Below are positions 25,746 to 39,815 of a DNA stretch of 64,000 nt, one piece after another. The DNA is from Octopus vulgaris. Taxonomy: Eukaryota. The stretch lies in the NCBI GenBank assembly GCA_951406725.2, contig OX597831.1, positions 62,372,001 to 62,436,000 of the forward strand. Direction: 5' to 3'. A program made the translations under genes and the position numbers. Numbering within the stretch: the stretch's first letter is position 1; each line of letters opens with the position of its first letter. The notes beneath the pieces are model-generated. The model made no database searches, was not told the origin of the DNA, and saw only the letters and a list, made by a program, of their open reading frames with translations.

Positions 25746-26914
25746 TCTATATATATATATATATATATATATAAGTAAACCTAAGTGTAAAAGAATTAGA
25801 CAAATCAACATCAAAAAGTATATTGAATATATGAAATAGGAAAAATGTACATACGTATACATATAAAATATACAACTTACAATGATTAGAAATGATATAG
25901 AAAATTTAAGGGAAAAGTTTTAGAAATCCAAACGCTGTTTCTGGTTGTTCGGTGGTTCATAATTATGTTTGTAATTATGTTCATAATTATGTTCCATCGT
26001 AAGATGAGACGAGTCTCCGTCTTCCGAGAAGAGATCTTACATTTGAGATGATGAAAGAAATAAGCTCAAATATGTATATATATATATATATAAGGAACAT
26101 ATGAAAATGCAGGTGTCTTTTAAAAGAATTTATTAACTTAATTAGTTTCATTAATTTAAAAAGCAATTCAAAAGTAAAGTGTGAGGCTTTGTGTATCCTC
26201 TATGCTGTTAAAATTAGTTTACATAAGTGTATTCAAATCAAATGACAATGGTAGGAAAAAATTTGAGGCTTTGTGTATCCTCTGTGATGAATCAAAGGGT
26301 AGTTTATATAAGAACGTTGAGATCAGGTAAAATTTTATTTTACGCTGATAAGATGATAAAAATTAGTTTACATAAATATATCTAAATCAAGAAATAGTGT
26401 CTCTGATGAGTGTCTCAACGGTTTTAGTCTCACGGTCACCAGAAACCATACTTGTTTGCAGCACCTTAAATTTTTTAAAAATTAGTAGAGAATTATCAGA
26501 TAATTTATAGTTCTCGTATCTGACAACTTAGAGTCTGATGCAAGCAATATATTAAGTAACAAATAACGAGATTTATAGGCTGGAATCAAAGTAAAAGATT
26601 TACTTGCTGTTACAGAAGAAAAGATTACTTAAATTGTGTACATTACCCAAACGACTTTAACGGTTCTAAATAGACAATGAATATCGCAGTTGTTATCTCA
26701 TGAGGTCACAAAATAGTTTTGTATTATTCACTGAAACAAGTGTAAAGTTGTATGACAATAGACCATAAAATAATATTATATCTTGACATGTTCTATTTGT
26801 CGATACTGTGTAATCATCATAATTATTACAGCCAATAAACCTTCGGTATTATATCATCCCTCTAGCAATTTTATTTCTACACCTTAGCATATGAAGATGA
26901 CATATATGTTTGCG

Positions 26915-26970
26915 TGTGTGTGTCTGTGTTTGTGTGGGTGTGTGAATGTGTAGATATATACATATACATA

Positions 26971-27006
<36 letters not shown>

Positions 27007-27152
27007 TATGTTTGTGTGTATATATATCTATATGTATGTGTATGTATTCATATAAATATGTATAAATATGTATGCATACATACATATATATATATATATG
27101 AATATATTTACGCAGACACACATACCCACATATGTGTGTGTATGTATAACTT

Positions 27153-27183
<31 letters not shown>

Positions 27184-27264
27184 GAATATATTTACACACA
27201 CACATACATGTGTATGTGTGTGTATGTATCTCTCTCTCACTCTCTCTCTCTATATATATATATA

Positions 27265-27302
<38 letters not shown>
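26915..27302. repeat. Complex (TG)/(TA)/(CA) microsatellite
   Basis: Seen directly. Confidence 0.9.
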
Positions 27303-27306
<4 letters not shown>

Positions 27307-28752
27307 GCAATGTATGTATAGAATGTACGAAGAATTGAACAAAACTCAAATATTAAATTAAAAATGAAATGCTGCAAACACAGAGTGAAAAATCCATCTC
27401 AATATAATATTGATGTGAGAAATTTTACGATAAATTTGAAATTGAGAAGACTTCAATTTCTTGTATTCATTGCGTGAAATTTATTATAAAAATAGGTCAA
27501 CCTCTCTTCCAAACACGCTCTTTTACAATGTTCCATAGCAAATTTCGTATAGAAATACTCGGCTAAAACTGAAATATTGATTTCTTTCCTGTAACGCTTT
27601 GTAGATAATTGTTGCAATTCAATTTCCTTATTTTAGTATCATAAACCGTAAAGAATGATCCTTGTGTCCATCACTCACATGAATGCAGCAAATACGATGC
27701 AATATATCTATGAATTACTGTTGGAATCATTTATTTCTTTCTTAATTTCCTCCAAGAAAGTCTTAATGACTTAGAAAATATATTGAAGTCCACTATAGCA
27801 AATCTTACAGCGGTGATTTAGGATTACATATTGAAATATTTTCCGTTATTACTATATACAAAACCATTAAATGGGATTGCAAACTCAAGCGCTGCTCTAA
27901 AGTTTTACCAGAGAAACGAATAGTTTTGATGTAATCCATTTTAATGTGTATTACTTCAGTTACATTCATTTCGATGCTATTCCTTAATGGTTCCTAAAAG
28001 AAAGGAAAGTATTCTCTGAATAGACACTGAATACACCGCTACTCACAACGACGATTTTTATTATAATTTGAAAATAGCATTTACTTCATATTTTCATATT
28101 TTCATGTAGATTTATTACAGCAGATTTTGAAGAAGATATTTAGCACGTGCTGAAAAGCATACACTCATACGTACACCACACTCGCAGACACATGCACACT
28201 CACACACGTACATACACACACACATATACGTATGTACAATAATGTTTCTTTCTAAGTCATGTTAGTTATGTATATAAGCAGTCTGACGTCAAATGAAGGA
28301 TTACTCAATTTTTTGAGTAGAGTATACATTTATTAAACTTCCATAAGAAAACGTTCGAATCTCACAGCAAATTTTCGACCTGCTTGTATTTTTCAGACTG
28401 TCCTATAATCCGGCAAGTTAATTTTGGCTTTTTGTGTAGCTATGCAAAATTATAATTGGATGTGACATAGGTAGATCGGGAAATGAGTTATGTAGAAACG
28501 GGATTTGGCTCCTTACTCACCCGGAAATCGCATTTGCCGATTCTATGTTCGCGAGACACTACACATAAACGTGACAACCCACAGTTCCCATTACTAGTAA
28601 GGTTCAATTATCACATTGCTACTTTAGATACACTTTCTTAAAAACTATCAATTCTCTGGCAAATGACAGCCAAAATATACCACTGTAGACCTAGTTTCCA
28701 CCGATAAAAGGCTAATATAGACAACATCCCGCCTATATTGGTCATCTTACTA

Positions 28753-28990
28753 AGGCGGCGAGCTGGCAGAATCGTTAGCACGCCGGCCGAAATGCTCAAC
28801 AGTATTTCGTCTGCCGCTACGTTCTGAGTTAAAATTCCGCCGAGGTCGACTTTGCCTTTCATCCTTTCTGGGTTGATAAATTAAGTAACAGTTACGCACT
28901 GGGGTCGATGTAATCGACTTAATCCGTTTGTCTGTCCTTGTTTGTTTCCTCTATGTTTAGTCTTTAGTCCCTTATGGGTAGTAAAGAAAA
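28753..28990 (+). mobile_element. Full-length tRNA-derived SINE family A with 18-bp TSD
   Basis: A-box-like TGGCAGAATCG, B-box-like GAGTTAAAATTCC; TSD CTATATTGGTCATCTTAC at 28733-28750 and 28991-29008. Confidence 0.93.
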
Positions 28991-30312
28991 CTATATTGGT
29001 CATCTTACCTTTGTAAGCTAATACCAGTAAATTTGGTTACACCGAAGACAATATCCCTGCCATTAGTATGGTCATACTCCATAGAACGATGTCTGAGCAA
29101 CTGACTCACAGGAATATTCCCAACCACATTACAATGAACTCGATTCGTTGAAATTACTATGTCACTGGCGATGCCCCGCTAAATTGGCGCCAGCAACCTG
29201 GTGATACCAGGTGTGAAGAGGTGATTCTAAAATCTGAGAAATTACCTGGTCTCGCTCTGATAACATTAGTACCACGATGCCTGAACTGACCAATAAAGGC
29301 CAAAACACATGCAAGTCATCTTGACTTTATCCTAAATGTTCTACTCCACCTCTTTGCCTCTGATGTTGACGTGTGCAACGAGCCTCTCAAAATTTAAGTC
29401 ATGCCTGGCAGGGTCAAACTGTAAAACATATATACATATATAGACACACTCACATATATATTATACACACTTACACACACACACTCACAGACACATAAAT
29501 GCACGTGCGCACACACACAGCTACACACACGCACATACGTATATGATGTTACTTCCTAAAAGTGTTTAAGTTTTTATGTTGCTGTAGATTTGATTACTAA
29601 GTAACTTCGTAAGTGGTTGTTGTGTTTCACATCTGTTATTGTGACTAGAATACTAAATTACTAGGGAATTCAGTTATTATATAGAGAGTAATAGCTTCAG
29701 AATTTTTTAATGGGTTTTCTATCAAGTTTGGTTTTACATCACAAATGATAAATGATTATTTCTCCTTATATCATTTTTTTTAGTTTACAATGCGGAGGAG
29801 TGGACAAGATAGATTGAGAGCAGATGAGGTAGAAGCCATATATTAAGAGGCAGAAGATAAATATCAAGTGAGTACGTTTTTCAGTCTAGTATCAGTAAGA
29901 TAATATATCACGCAATGATTGGGAATCTTAATAATTTGTTTAGATACTGTTTATAGATTCCATTCTATGAAGCTTAGATAAAGTATGTTTAATTATTTAT
30001 TCTTCTTTCTTTATTTAGGTGTTTGGGGGAATGGAGTTATTCTTTGAAATGTAGAGGTGAAATTGTGTGAAGTAGCATGCGGTTAAGTATAAAGTAGTAT
30101 AATATCTGAATATGTAAGAGAAACCAGAATTGAATCGAACGTATAAGAATGAAAATTGCATACTAAATGTGTACGCGTGTAAAGTAAGATAGATACTTTT
30201 GTTATCATTCTCCAAGGAATCTTTTACAAAGATACTTCAATGTAAAAGAGAAACAATTTCCTATTTTGAACTTTGAATTTTGAAATAAAATTGTTTTCTA
30301 ATTGTTTCTAAA

Positions 30313-30724
30313 GGCGCAGGAGTGGCTGTGTGGTAAGTAGCTTGCTAACCAACCACATGGTTCCGGGTTCAGTCCCACTGCGTGGCACCTTGGGAAAGTG
30401 TCTTCTGCTATAGCCCCGGGCCGACCAATGCCTTGTGAGTGGATTTGGTAGACGGAAACTGAAAGAAGCGTGTCGTATATATGTATATATATATGTATGT
30501 GTGTGTGTGTTTGTGTGTCTGTGTTTGTACCCCAACATTGCTTGACAACCGATGCTGGTGTGTTTACGTCCCCGTCACGTAGCGGTTCGGCAAAAGAGAC
30601 CGATAGAATAAGTACTGGGCTTACAAAGAATAAGTCCTGGGGTCGATTTGCTCGACTAAAAAGGTGGTGCTCCAGCATGGCCGCAGTCAAATGACTGAAA
30701 CAAGTAAAAGAGTAAAAAAGAGAG
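30313..30724 (+). mobile_element. Full-length tRNA-derived SINE family B with internal (TA)/(TG) tract
   Basis: A box TGGCTGTGTGG, B box GGTTCAGTCCC, (GTAAAAGA)n-like tail; second copy at 60078-60476. Confidence 0.92.
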
Positions 30725-31655
30725 TAATTAAGGAACGAAATAATAACCAGGAAAGATAACTTGCTGATTGAAGATATTTGGGTGTTTACGTACTTATGTG
30801 GAGCATAGAAACTTAAACTAAAATTCATTCTCGTATGAAATCAATTGTATTTTAGATAATTATAGATTTTTTGCAAGCATGAAACTGTTTTGAGCAAAGG
30901 CCCACAAAAAAAGACAAAGATTTATGGAATAAAAATATGAATCTATATCAAAATGTCAAGTCAAGAATTGCGTGGTTTCACAGATATTTAATTGAAAGAT
31001 ATGCCAGCGAAAGATGTTTAACGTACGAGATCCTCTATTTCAGATGATGAGATAGATATTTTGTTTTCGAATGCTACGTGATACCAAAAATATCATGGTT
31101 CAGAATAACAATATAGGGCTTCTAGACAAGTATCACTTTTCATTATAATAGTTCTCGGAAAGCTGAATGCTAAAATTGTAAGTCGAAACGCTAATTGCTT
31201 AAAATATGTTTCTGAAAATATTCTGTCTTCTGTAATACGATTGAATAGGGTTTCCAGGATTCCTGCTTTCACTTTCGTGCAAAGATAGACACTTATTCTT
31301 CCTTTCTTTTAGAGTTTAGACATTTCCATGCATTCTTGGCGATAAAATCTGCTAGATCAACATGGACAGATAAAAGAGAATGGGGACACAGATATATAAA
31401 TAGACATGAGCAAAAATACTCATATATATTTTGCATGTGAGGCTATCCTGTTGACAAAATTGAAATAATTTAGTAGATAATTTAAAACTAGAAAAGCTAG
31501 GTATACTCAGCGGGATAAATGGGTTGATTGTGGTAGGGTGTTTGTATACGTGTATACGTGTGCTTGTATCTTTTCCTGATATATATGTGTGTGTGTGCTT
31601 GTGTGTGAATGAGTGTGTGTATGTGTATATATTTGTGTGCGTGTCTATGTATGTA

Positions 31656-31707
<52 letters not shown>

Positions 31708-31712
<5 letters not shown>

Positions 31713-31902
31713 AGAGTTTATGGAAAAAAGCAAAAGACGAAGGCGGGTGGTGTACAAAACAAACAGATGTATTAGTATAACGCTCAGGAATAGAAAAAGT
31801 ATTTTACGTTTCGAGCCTACGCTCTTCTTCAGAAAGGAACACAGAAAACAAGGAGAGAAAAAATGTTTGTAGTGGCTAACGATCTATCATGGCTAACAAT
31901 CT

Positions 31903-31907
<5 letters not shown>
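31708..31907 (-). mobile_element. Short hammerhead-bearing element (family H1) between (TA)n tracts
   Basis: Near-identical to 36446-36645; 17-bp tandem duplication ggctaac(g/a)atctatcat at the 5' junction. Confidence 0.85.
31802..31836 (-). ncRNA. Minimal type-I hammerhead ribozyme
   Basis: Minus strand TTT-CTGAAGA-A-GAGC-GTAG-GCTC-GAAA-CG-TA-AAA; full core, 4-bp stem II, palindromic ACGT stem III. Confidence 0.78.
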
Positions 31908-31987
<80 letters not shown>

Positions 31988-32677
31988 ATATATACAAAGA
32001 AAGAATGCATAAACAAAAAGAAAGAAAGAAAGAAAGGAAGAATAAACAGTAAAGAAGTGTGGTATAAAGGTTTTAAAGGATATATAGCTGTTTCAGCAAC
32101 ATGCAGAACAGTTACTTAACGAGTAGAAACTAGATACAATAATGATTTGCATACTGACATTGTCACACGGCAGATACAGCAATATGATTCAAGATCATAT
32201 TTCTATATTTACTTGTCCTCGTTTTGCAAATGGTCAAACCTGTACGAGAGAAATAGCTGAAAGAAATAACAGAAAACAATTGCAGTATTGAAAGAGTTAA
32301 GACATAGTCGAACTTCAAATTGGGCTGCTGCATTTGTGCGGAGGTGAAAACATGATTGCATAATACCTCGATTTGTTTTGTATTTCAGAATTTCGTTGAA
32401 ATGCACGATTAAATGAGACAGCTTTGAATACAACACCTGTTTATTATTTACTTTCTTATACTTTGCTCGATCTCTGCGCTCTCGCTCATCCGGAGTTTGG
32501 TGTTAGGTGTGTTGTTATACTGGATACTACAGCGGTCGTTGATCCCACTATTGAGCCCAATTTTGGTTGCCTGTTGCACTTTGCTATACCTCAATTTTTG
32601 ATTACTTAGCACAGGCACACAGACCTCTCCATGTATATGTGTGAGTGTATGTAAGTGCGCGCACACACATACACACA

Positions 32678-32733
<56 letters not shown>

Positions 32734-32927
32734 GTGGTTCTGTGTAACGGTGGGAAAATGTATCAAGCAATGACAGTAAGATGCAACAGGCAACCGAACT
32801 CGGTATAGGCTAGAATGTTAAGAATGAGCCCGATGTTTGCAAAGTATAATAAGCAGTAAATAGGTGCTGATTCAGAGCTTTGTAGGATACATGCATGTTT
32901 CTGTTAAATACAACGTACATTGAAGCT

Positions 32928-32962
<35 letters not shown>

Positions 32963-33745
32963 TATAATGCATAAACTGCTATAATTAATGCCACTTTCAT
33001 TACGTATCCTCAGACGCCATGTAAATTCCACATAATACTTATCCTTACCCTTCCTTTTTACTATTTCTCTTAGACTATAAGCTTAGTCCTCCTCGTAAAA
33101 TTTTGTTTTTGTCAGCTCTAATATCATCCAAGAGTATAATGTATGTACGTCCATTTTTTGCAAACGTTTTTCTCACCAAATTGGCCGTTGAAATAAAATA
33201 TAAAACATTATTATTTTATTTAAAATTAAACTTATGTTCAAAACTGACTTTTTAGATTTCAAATAATTTAATCTCCGTGTCGAGGTAAAACGTCCACTCC
33301 GCAAGAAAAGTCTTTCGTATCCTATCGTAAGAAGTTCACTTTACAAAGATGACGACAATATCCTATCGGCGACGCCAGTTTGTTATATTTCTATTGTTTA
33401 CATACAAAGAATAGAGTAATATTCCAGATAGGCGTGATGTCTGTGATTCACTATACTTTTCTAGTTTACTCGCAAAGAGGAAAACACAGTGGTAATCCAG
33501 ATAGGTGTGAAGTCTGTGTTATTCCAACTGTAAAACTCAAGAATAATAATAGCGTAAACCAAACATCGAGACGTCTTGTGAACCTACTCGCGAGTTCCAG
33601 AAATTTAATTTGAATTCTATTGAATTGCGATTTCCACAACATACGCGTGCGCGTACCCCCCATATATATATATATATATATACATATATAATTGTAGCGT
33701 AAAAGGTGATTGTAAGTTATTAAAAAACACCTACATACCTACATA

Positions 33746-33793
<48 letters not shown>

Positions 33794-33969
33794 ATATATA
33801 TATATATAATATATATATATATGTATGATAATAATGGGTGGATGTAAACACATATATATATATATATATATTATATAAATAAACATAGACGCACATAGAG
33901 ATATAAGCATAAATGAAGACATACAATAGTATACGTATAAGGAGAGACACAAGTATAAAGAAAACAAAG

Positions 33970-34013
33970 GACCACTGATGCGGTCACAGGAGTGTGACGA
34001 AAGAACTTTGGCC
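33970..34013 (+). ncRNA. Type-I hammerhead-like motif with one core substitution
   Basis: GACCA-CTGATGC-G-GTCAC-AGGAGT-GTGAC-GAAA-GAAC-TT-TGGCC; perfect 5-bp stem II, stem I 4 of 5 bp, A9 to C. Confidence 0.6.
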
Positions 34014-34884
34014 GAAATAAGATTAAGATTAATGTAAAAATAAATATCACTGTAACACCAAATATATAGTGCGTGTGTTTTTATTGCTAAACTGGCAATA
34101 TGACATGTATACGTATGTATAAATATTTGTATACATGTATGTTTATATATGCATGTGTGTGTGTGTGTGTGTGAGGTGTATGTGTATGTGTATAACAAAT
34201 ACACTAAAATTTAATTTTGCTATCCGACAGTACTATTCGCTTATAATATCCTCGCAAATATTTTCTGTGAATATTGTGGCTTACTTAGTCTTACCGAGTA
34301 TCATTAAATTGCTGAAAAATTGCAATCTATGTCTATAAAATTGAATTACTTTCTGGGACTGATAGTAATCTTTCTTCGCGACAATATAGAATTAGAGATA
34401 TAATATCAAACACTAGATAAATAAATGACTAATAGGGAGTTCCCGATTCCTAAACAAATCGTGAATTGAAAAAGAATATTGAATTTAGATATAAAATAAA
34501 GAAATAAAATTCAGTTTAAAAACGAGCAGTCTTTCATAATTATGTTAGTGAAACGCGTGAAAACGTCATGAGATTAATGTTGTAGAATTAAAGGCGACTG
34601 CCTTTCCAAACTTGTTCAGAATTTTGTTAATATTTTTAGTAACAGCTGTATGTAACTCATAAGGCTTCTTTTATGTTTAGATTTACAGGTGTAAATAATA
34701 TATAGGAATCGAGATCCAAGGTCACAAAGAATTTGTATATGAATTGTAAGAACTTCATACCTGATTCATTTCACTAATATTCTTTCGAAATATTTCATAT
34801 CAAAATATGCAATATAAACTCTTGTATAATTTTTATAGAAATCCTTTTCATCGAAAACGATTTCGTAAAAGCAAGTGAACATTT

Positions 34885-35080
34885 CTTTCAAATTTGGGCA
34901 CTAGGCCAGCAATTTTTAGGGGAGGGACTAAGTCGATTACATCGACTCCTGTGCATGACTGGTGCTTATTTTATCAACCCCGAGAGGATGAAAGGCAAAT
35001 TCGAATTCGGCTGATTTTGAACTCAGAATATTAGACCTAAAGAAATGCCCATCGTACTAACGGACTTGCAAGCTCATCGT
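34885..35080 (-). mobile_element. SINE family A variant, diverged
   Basis: Reverse complement of the family A body (aagtcgattacatcgac...ggatgaaaggcaaa...gaactcagaa). Confidence 0.8.
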
Positions 35081-35149
35081 TTAATTTAGCTCGTGGTGTT
35101 AAATCATTTCTACCGTATATATAATATGCTAACCCATTCTATAAAGGTG

Positions 35150-35650
35150 ATCTATATCCTACACATGATCTGGCACTGATAATGGCTCCAGCAATTAGGC
35201 CTGTACAAGATGATAGATACACAGACAGGTCGACGAACGTAAATTAATGTACGTGCTCTAAGGTTCTTGCTCCGAAAGACTTGTTTGCTAGCCTCTCGAA
35301 AGAGGTGAAGTTGATCACTTTCAAAGTTGAGTGTCTCATTGTCCAGGACATCTGTTCATGTCACATAGCGTAATTAGTCCGTCAGCGGTAGATGAGCATC
35401 ATCAGTGAGGACAGGATGAGAAAGAGGGGCAAGAAAACTAATTGAAGTAACTAAGTGTTTCACTGATTCCCTTGAAAATGGAGTCGGGAATAGACTCTGT
35501 TCAATGAGTCCATCAGACTTTGAAGAGACGCGAAAGTATGATACTGAGCAGCAGAATCGTCAGTAAAATCAATCGGAATGCTGAATTAATACTTAATTGT
35601 TTTGAAGTGTTTTCATAAGGCTTTCAGGCAGCGAGTGCTATGGAAGCTGA
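35150..35650 (-). pseudogene. Decayed RTE-type LINE RT fragment
   Basis: Minus strand LTDDAHL (FADDAAL-like) followed by frameshifted FERLAN...RPVCVSIILY resembling FGRL...YRAVVLSTLLY. Confidence 0.5.
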
Positions 35651-35736
35651 TATATTAGTGGTACCTGATTTGAATTATGTCTCCTATATACATACATACT
35701 TGTATGTGTGTGTGTGTGTATGTGTGTGTGTGTGTG

Positions 35737-36117
35737 AAGGTGCAATGGTCCAGTTATTAGTGTAGTGATCTCGCGGTCGTAGGATCGCGGTTTCGATTCC
35801 CAGACCAGGCGTTATGAGTGTTTTTTGAGCGAAAACTCCTAGAACTCCACGAGGCTCCGACAGGGGGTATTGGCGAACCCTGCTGTGTTCTTTCACCACA
35901 AATTTTTCTCACTCTTCCTTCTTGTTTTTGTTGTACCTGTATTTTAAAGGGTCAGCCTTGTCACACTCTGTGTCACGCTGAATCTCCCCGAGAACTACGT
36001 TAAGGGTACACGTATCTGTGGAGTGCTCATACACTTGCACGTTAATTTTACCAGCAGGCTGTTCCGTTGATCGGAAAAACTGGAGCCATCGTCGTCGTAA
36101 CCGACGGAGTGCCACGA
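35737..36117 (+). mobile_element. tRNA-derived SINE family C
   Basis: A-box-like TGGTCCAGTTA, B box GTTTCGATTCCC; second copy at 1330-1652. Confidence 0.85.
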
Positions 36118-36365
36118 TATATCTAGAAACATTTGAAAAAGGAGGCAAACGCTCAGGACGTTTGTAAAACATACATGGAGGCATTTAAAATACGTCCGAC
36201 AGGAAGAATTATAGTCAGCGTTTTTCTTATTTCTCTTCCCTAAATATTACTTATCCCAGAATCAAATCACACACAACTGTGATCTTTGTTTCTTAGGATG
36301 CTTAAGTCACATTTCGCTACCTTGTAATTATTCCTCTGGATCATTGCTATAAATTACACACACAT

Positions 36366-36445
<80 letters not shown>

Positions 36446-36449
<4 letters not shown>

Positions 36450-36735
36450 AGAGTTTACGAAAGAAACAAAAGACGAAGACAGGTGGTGTACAAAACAAAC
36501 AGATGTATTAGTATAACGCTCAGGAATGGAAAAAGTATTTTACGTTTCGGGCCTACGCTCTTCTACAGAAAGGGTTACAGAAAAATCAAGGAGAGAAACA
36601 AGGAGAGAAAAAATGTGTGTAGTGGCTAACGACCTATCATGGCGACTAGTGCCGGACAGAAGGGTCAAACACGAGGAGGAAAGTAGGGGAGATAACATGG
36701 TAAAGAGACGACAGAAGGAAAGACCCAAAAATATG
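36446..36735 (-). mobile_element. Family H1 element, longer copy; hammerhead at 36537-36572 with mutated core (CUGUAGA)
   Basis: Same 3' end abutting (TA)n as 31708; extends about 90 bp further 5'. Confidence 0.85.
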
Positions 36736-37833
36736 TATATATTTATACACGAACCAGCCAAGCTCCTATAATTTGTTTGTGACAACACTAGCAGAGCAAA
36801 AAGGCAATTAATTAAAAGGATAGTTAAAGCACAGCATGGTGTATTACTATGCTATTATTAACGCTGGAATTTAGAAATTGGAGAATTAACGTTTTTATTC
36901 TGTTAAAACTTAAGTTTAGGACGAGATTTTTTTCTGATATATTATCTGTCTGTAGGAATGATCTCGGTCGTGTCTGGAGCATTTGCATCCAATCTACAAC
37001 CACCGAAACTCTGACTTTTATGAGTATAACGAGATTCAGAAGCGTTGCTGTGTATAAAGCTTCTGTATTGACTTATCTTTTCTAATGTCTTAAAAGAAAA
37101 TTTCTTGATTGTCTTGCTTTTCTTACAAGGGTTATTGACGTAACAATACAGAAGCAGATGCAACATGTTGAGCTTGTATGCATTAACACGATCCACCCAA
37201 GATGAAGCTACGTGTTCAGGACTTTGTGAAATTTTAACGGGAGGAAGTGAGAAATATATGTTTCTGAGTGTCACCACTGGAAGCCGGCTAATGGATAGAT
37301 TTGATATTTTGAAAAAGCAGGTATTCGTGAACATAATATCATCGAGCTTCGTATGTAAAGATACAAAATAAATTAAATAAAAAAATATATGTAACGAAAA
37401 ATGTTTTATGCACTTATGTATAAGAATGAATAGAGCTGAGTGTACCCAATTTTCTTTTAATTACTAATTAGCCATATGTAGGGGTTTGATATAGTGGGTT
37501 TATGTTCCAGGTTTGTAACGTGTATTTGCAAAATTTCTTTCTACCTGAAATTTCACTCTTCGTTTCAAACATACTCTAATCTTGAGGAATTTTGAGAAGA
37601 CCTTGCTTCATTGTTATCCTTAGTAGTATTTTTGCTTTTTCAATGTTTTTTCATTAAAAATTTGTTGGAAACATCCTCATTGAGAAATCGGCTTATTCTG
37701 TTCAATTATCTTTCCGATTTGCTTAGCGGTGGTAGCAACTTGAAGCATTGATTTTTGTAATTGTCATCTTTCAAGCATGACACACATTTTTAGCATATAT
37801 GAAATATTTTTATGTTAGTATTACTATATGAGT

Positions 37834-38085
37834 GGAGGCGCGTGGCTTAGTGGATAAGATGTCGGCATCATGGTCGTAAGATTGTGGTTTCTATTCCTGG
37901 ACCGGACGACGTGTTCTGTTCTTCAGCAAAACACTTCATTTCACGTTGCTCCAGTTCACCCAGCTGGCAAAAATGAGTAACGCTGCGATGGACTGGCGTC
38001 CCGTCCAGCTGGGGAACACTTACGTCATTGAAACCGGGAAACCGAGCCCATGAGCCTGGCTTGGCTTTAAGAGAGTGCATTTATT
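37834..38085 (+). mobile_element. tRNA-derived SINE family D with CORE-like and V/Meta-like central blocks
   Basis: A box TGGCTTAGTGG, B-box-like GTTTCTATTCC, block ctgcgatggactggcgtcccgtccag; domain naming is from memory. Confidence 0.75.
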
Positions 38086-38605
38086 TTTTTTATTATTACC
38101 TTCAGTTTTTCAAGTGCTCAGTTGGATATAATATATTTCATTTTGATCCCATTACAATAACTTGATTTGAGAATATGTTTAGTCAGCTTTCCATATGCAT
38201 ATTAAAAGAAGAGTCTATCGTTGTTAGATTTAAATGGCAATATGAAACACCGTATATTCCGGAATGTCATTTTAAATATGCAAAGGAGTATATGGTTCTA
38301 TTTGTGAACCTCCTGATACATAATGCATTCTTTTGCATTTCTACTTCTCTTATTTACAAGTTTTTGACGTTTTATTCTACGTTTTCCGTTTTCTAAATAC
38401 ATGAGATAAGTTACCTGTTAAATTTAAGAGTAACATCAAGGTAATAAATTCACTTTAATGAATTTTATTCGGAATTCTGTTGCGAACACTTTCATTTGAG
38501 ACTTAACTTTTCTCTTTTAATTTATTTTCCTAATTCACATTTTTGTCGAAGTGAATTTTTTTTTATGCTCAACATCGACCTGCTTTGAAAACGAATCTGC
38601 CTTTG

Positions 38606-38735
<130 letters not shown>

Positions 38736-39755
38736 GGTAATCGAATTTGCATAAAGTTTTATGTGACTCTCAAATCGCCTTCTCCTTTATCGTATTTATG
38801 GAGCATTTCAAATTACCCCTACGCTCAACACTTCAGTTCTCCCTCCAGTTATCTGCCTTGCTTACTCTTTCGGTTTGATGTCAATTATATTATCTTAGAC
38901 TTTCTTTGCTTCTTCCTTATAACGATATTTTCTTGATATAAAAACATTATTTACGATACGGTCACTACAGAATATAAAATGTGCCTCCTATCTCCATTTT
39001 TACTCCTCCCTGTTATAGATATTTTCAGTACTTCACACACTTCTTATTTGTGTCTCTTTTACCTTTCTTATTTATGCGTTTATTTTCCTTTCTTCTCTCT
39101 GTGCATTTATTGTTCTTTATCTATTTCTCTCGTGTGAAAAAACATCACGTGTTTTTATTGTTATATATATACGCGTGAGTGTGTATTATATGTATGTATA
39201 TGCGTGCATGAGCGTCAAGCATTGTGAATGCAAGCATATGTTTACTACTAGAATCGAAAAGAAAGTACATTTTCTTAGATGATTGGTGGGATTATGCTAC
39301 ATATATTCCAGGAAGCTTTCTCCTTTACATTGCTCAACATATCGGAAACAGGATGTTTGTGACTTGTGAAAACACAGTTACTCATCCACTGTGGTGAGTT
39401 GTTTACCAAGTATTTGGTGCAATATCTTGAGATAAAATCCTTTTTCTATACAATTGATGTGAGTATAATCTGCTTATTCACTACGTAAGAGCGGATATGA
39501 AATGCATCAATATAAATACTACAAGGTAAATCTCGTACAAATATGTTTGAATTTTCAATTCCTATGCCAAGGTTAGATTTAAGTACATGAACGTAGGTAC
39601 ATTTGTTTTGTTAGTATGTTCGTGCTGCAATCAAAAACTTCTGCGTTCAATGGTAGGACGCGGTCTTAATGATTGTCTTCAGTTATATTATATACGATTG
39701 TAGCATTTATTTATGTGTTGTAGTTGTAATTTGGTCGTCGGAGGCTGTTCAAAAC

Positions 39756-39815
<60 letters not shown>

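Noticed and set aside
26397-26465. CTGATGA...CCAGAAA hammerhead-like motif
   Set aside because: Stem II is plausible but stem I cannot be formed and stem III is mismatched
28521-28558. Minus-strand 38-nt exon candidate with GTGAGT donor
   Set aside because: Weak acceptor, and a stop in the phase needed to follow the 32213 candidate exon
30313-30390. tRNA gene candidates (also 35737 and 37834)
   Set aside because: A/B boxes continue into repeated SINE bodies; no full cloverleaf seen
32980-33020. CTGAGGA..GAAA on the minus strand
   Set aside because: No stem I or stem III complementarity
37131-37320. Plus-strand exon-like segment with AG/GT ends
   Set aside because: Stops in all three frames from the acceptor and no recognisable protein
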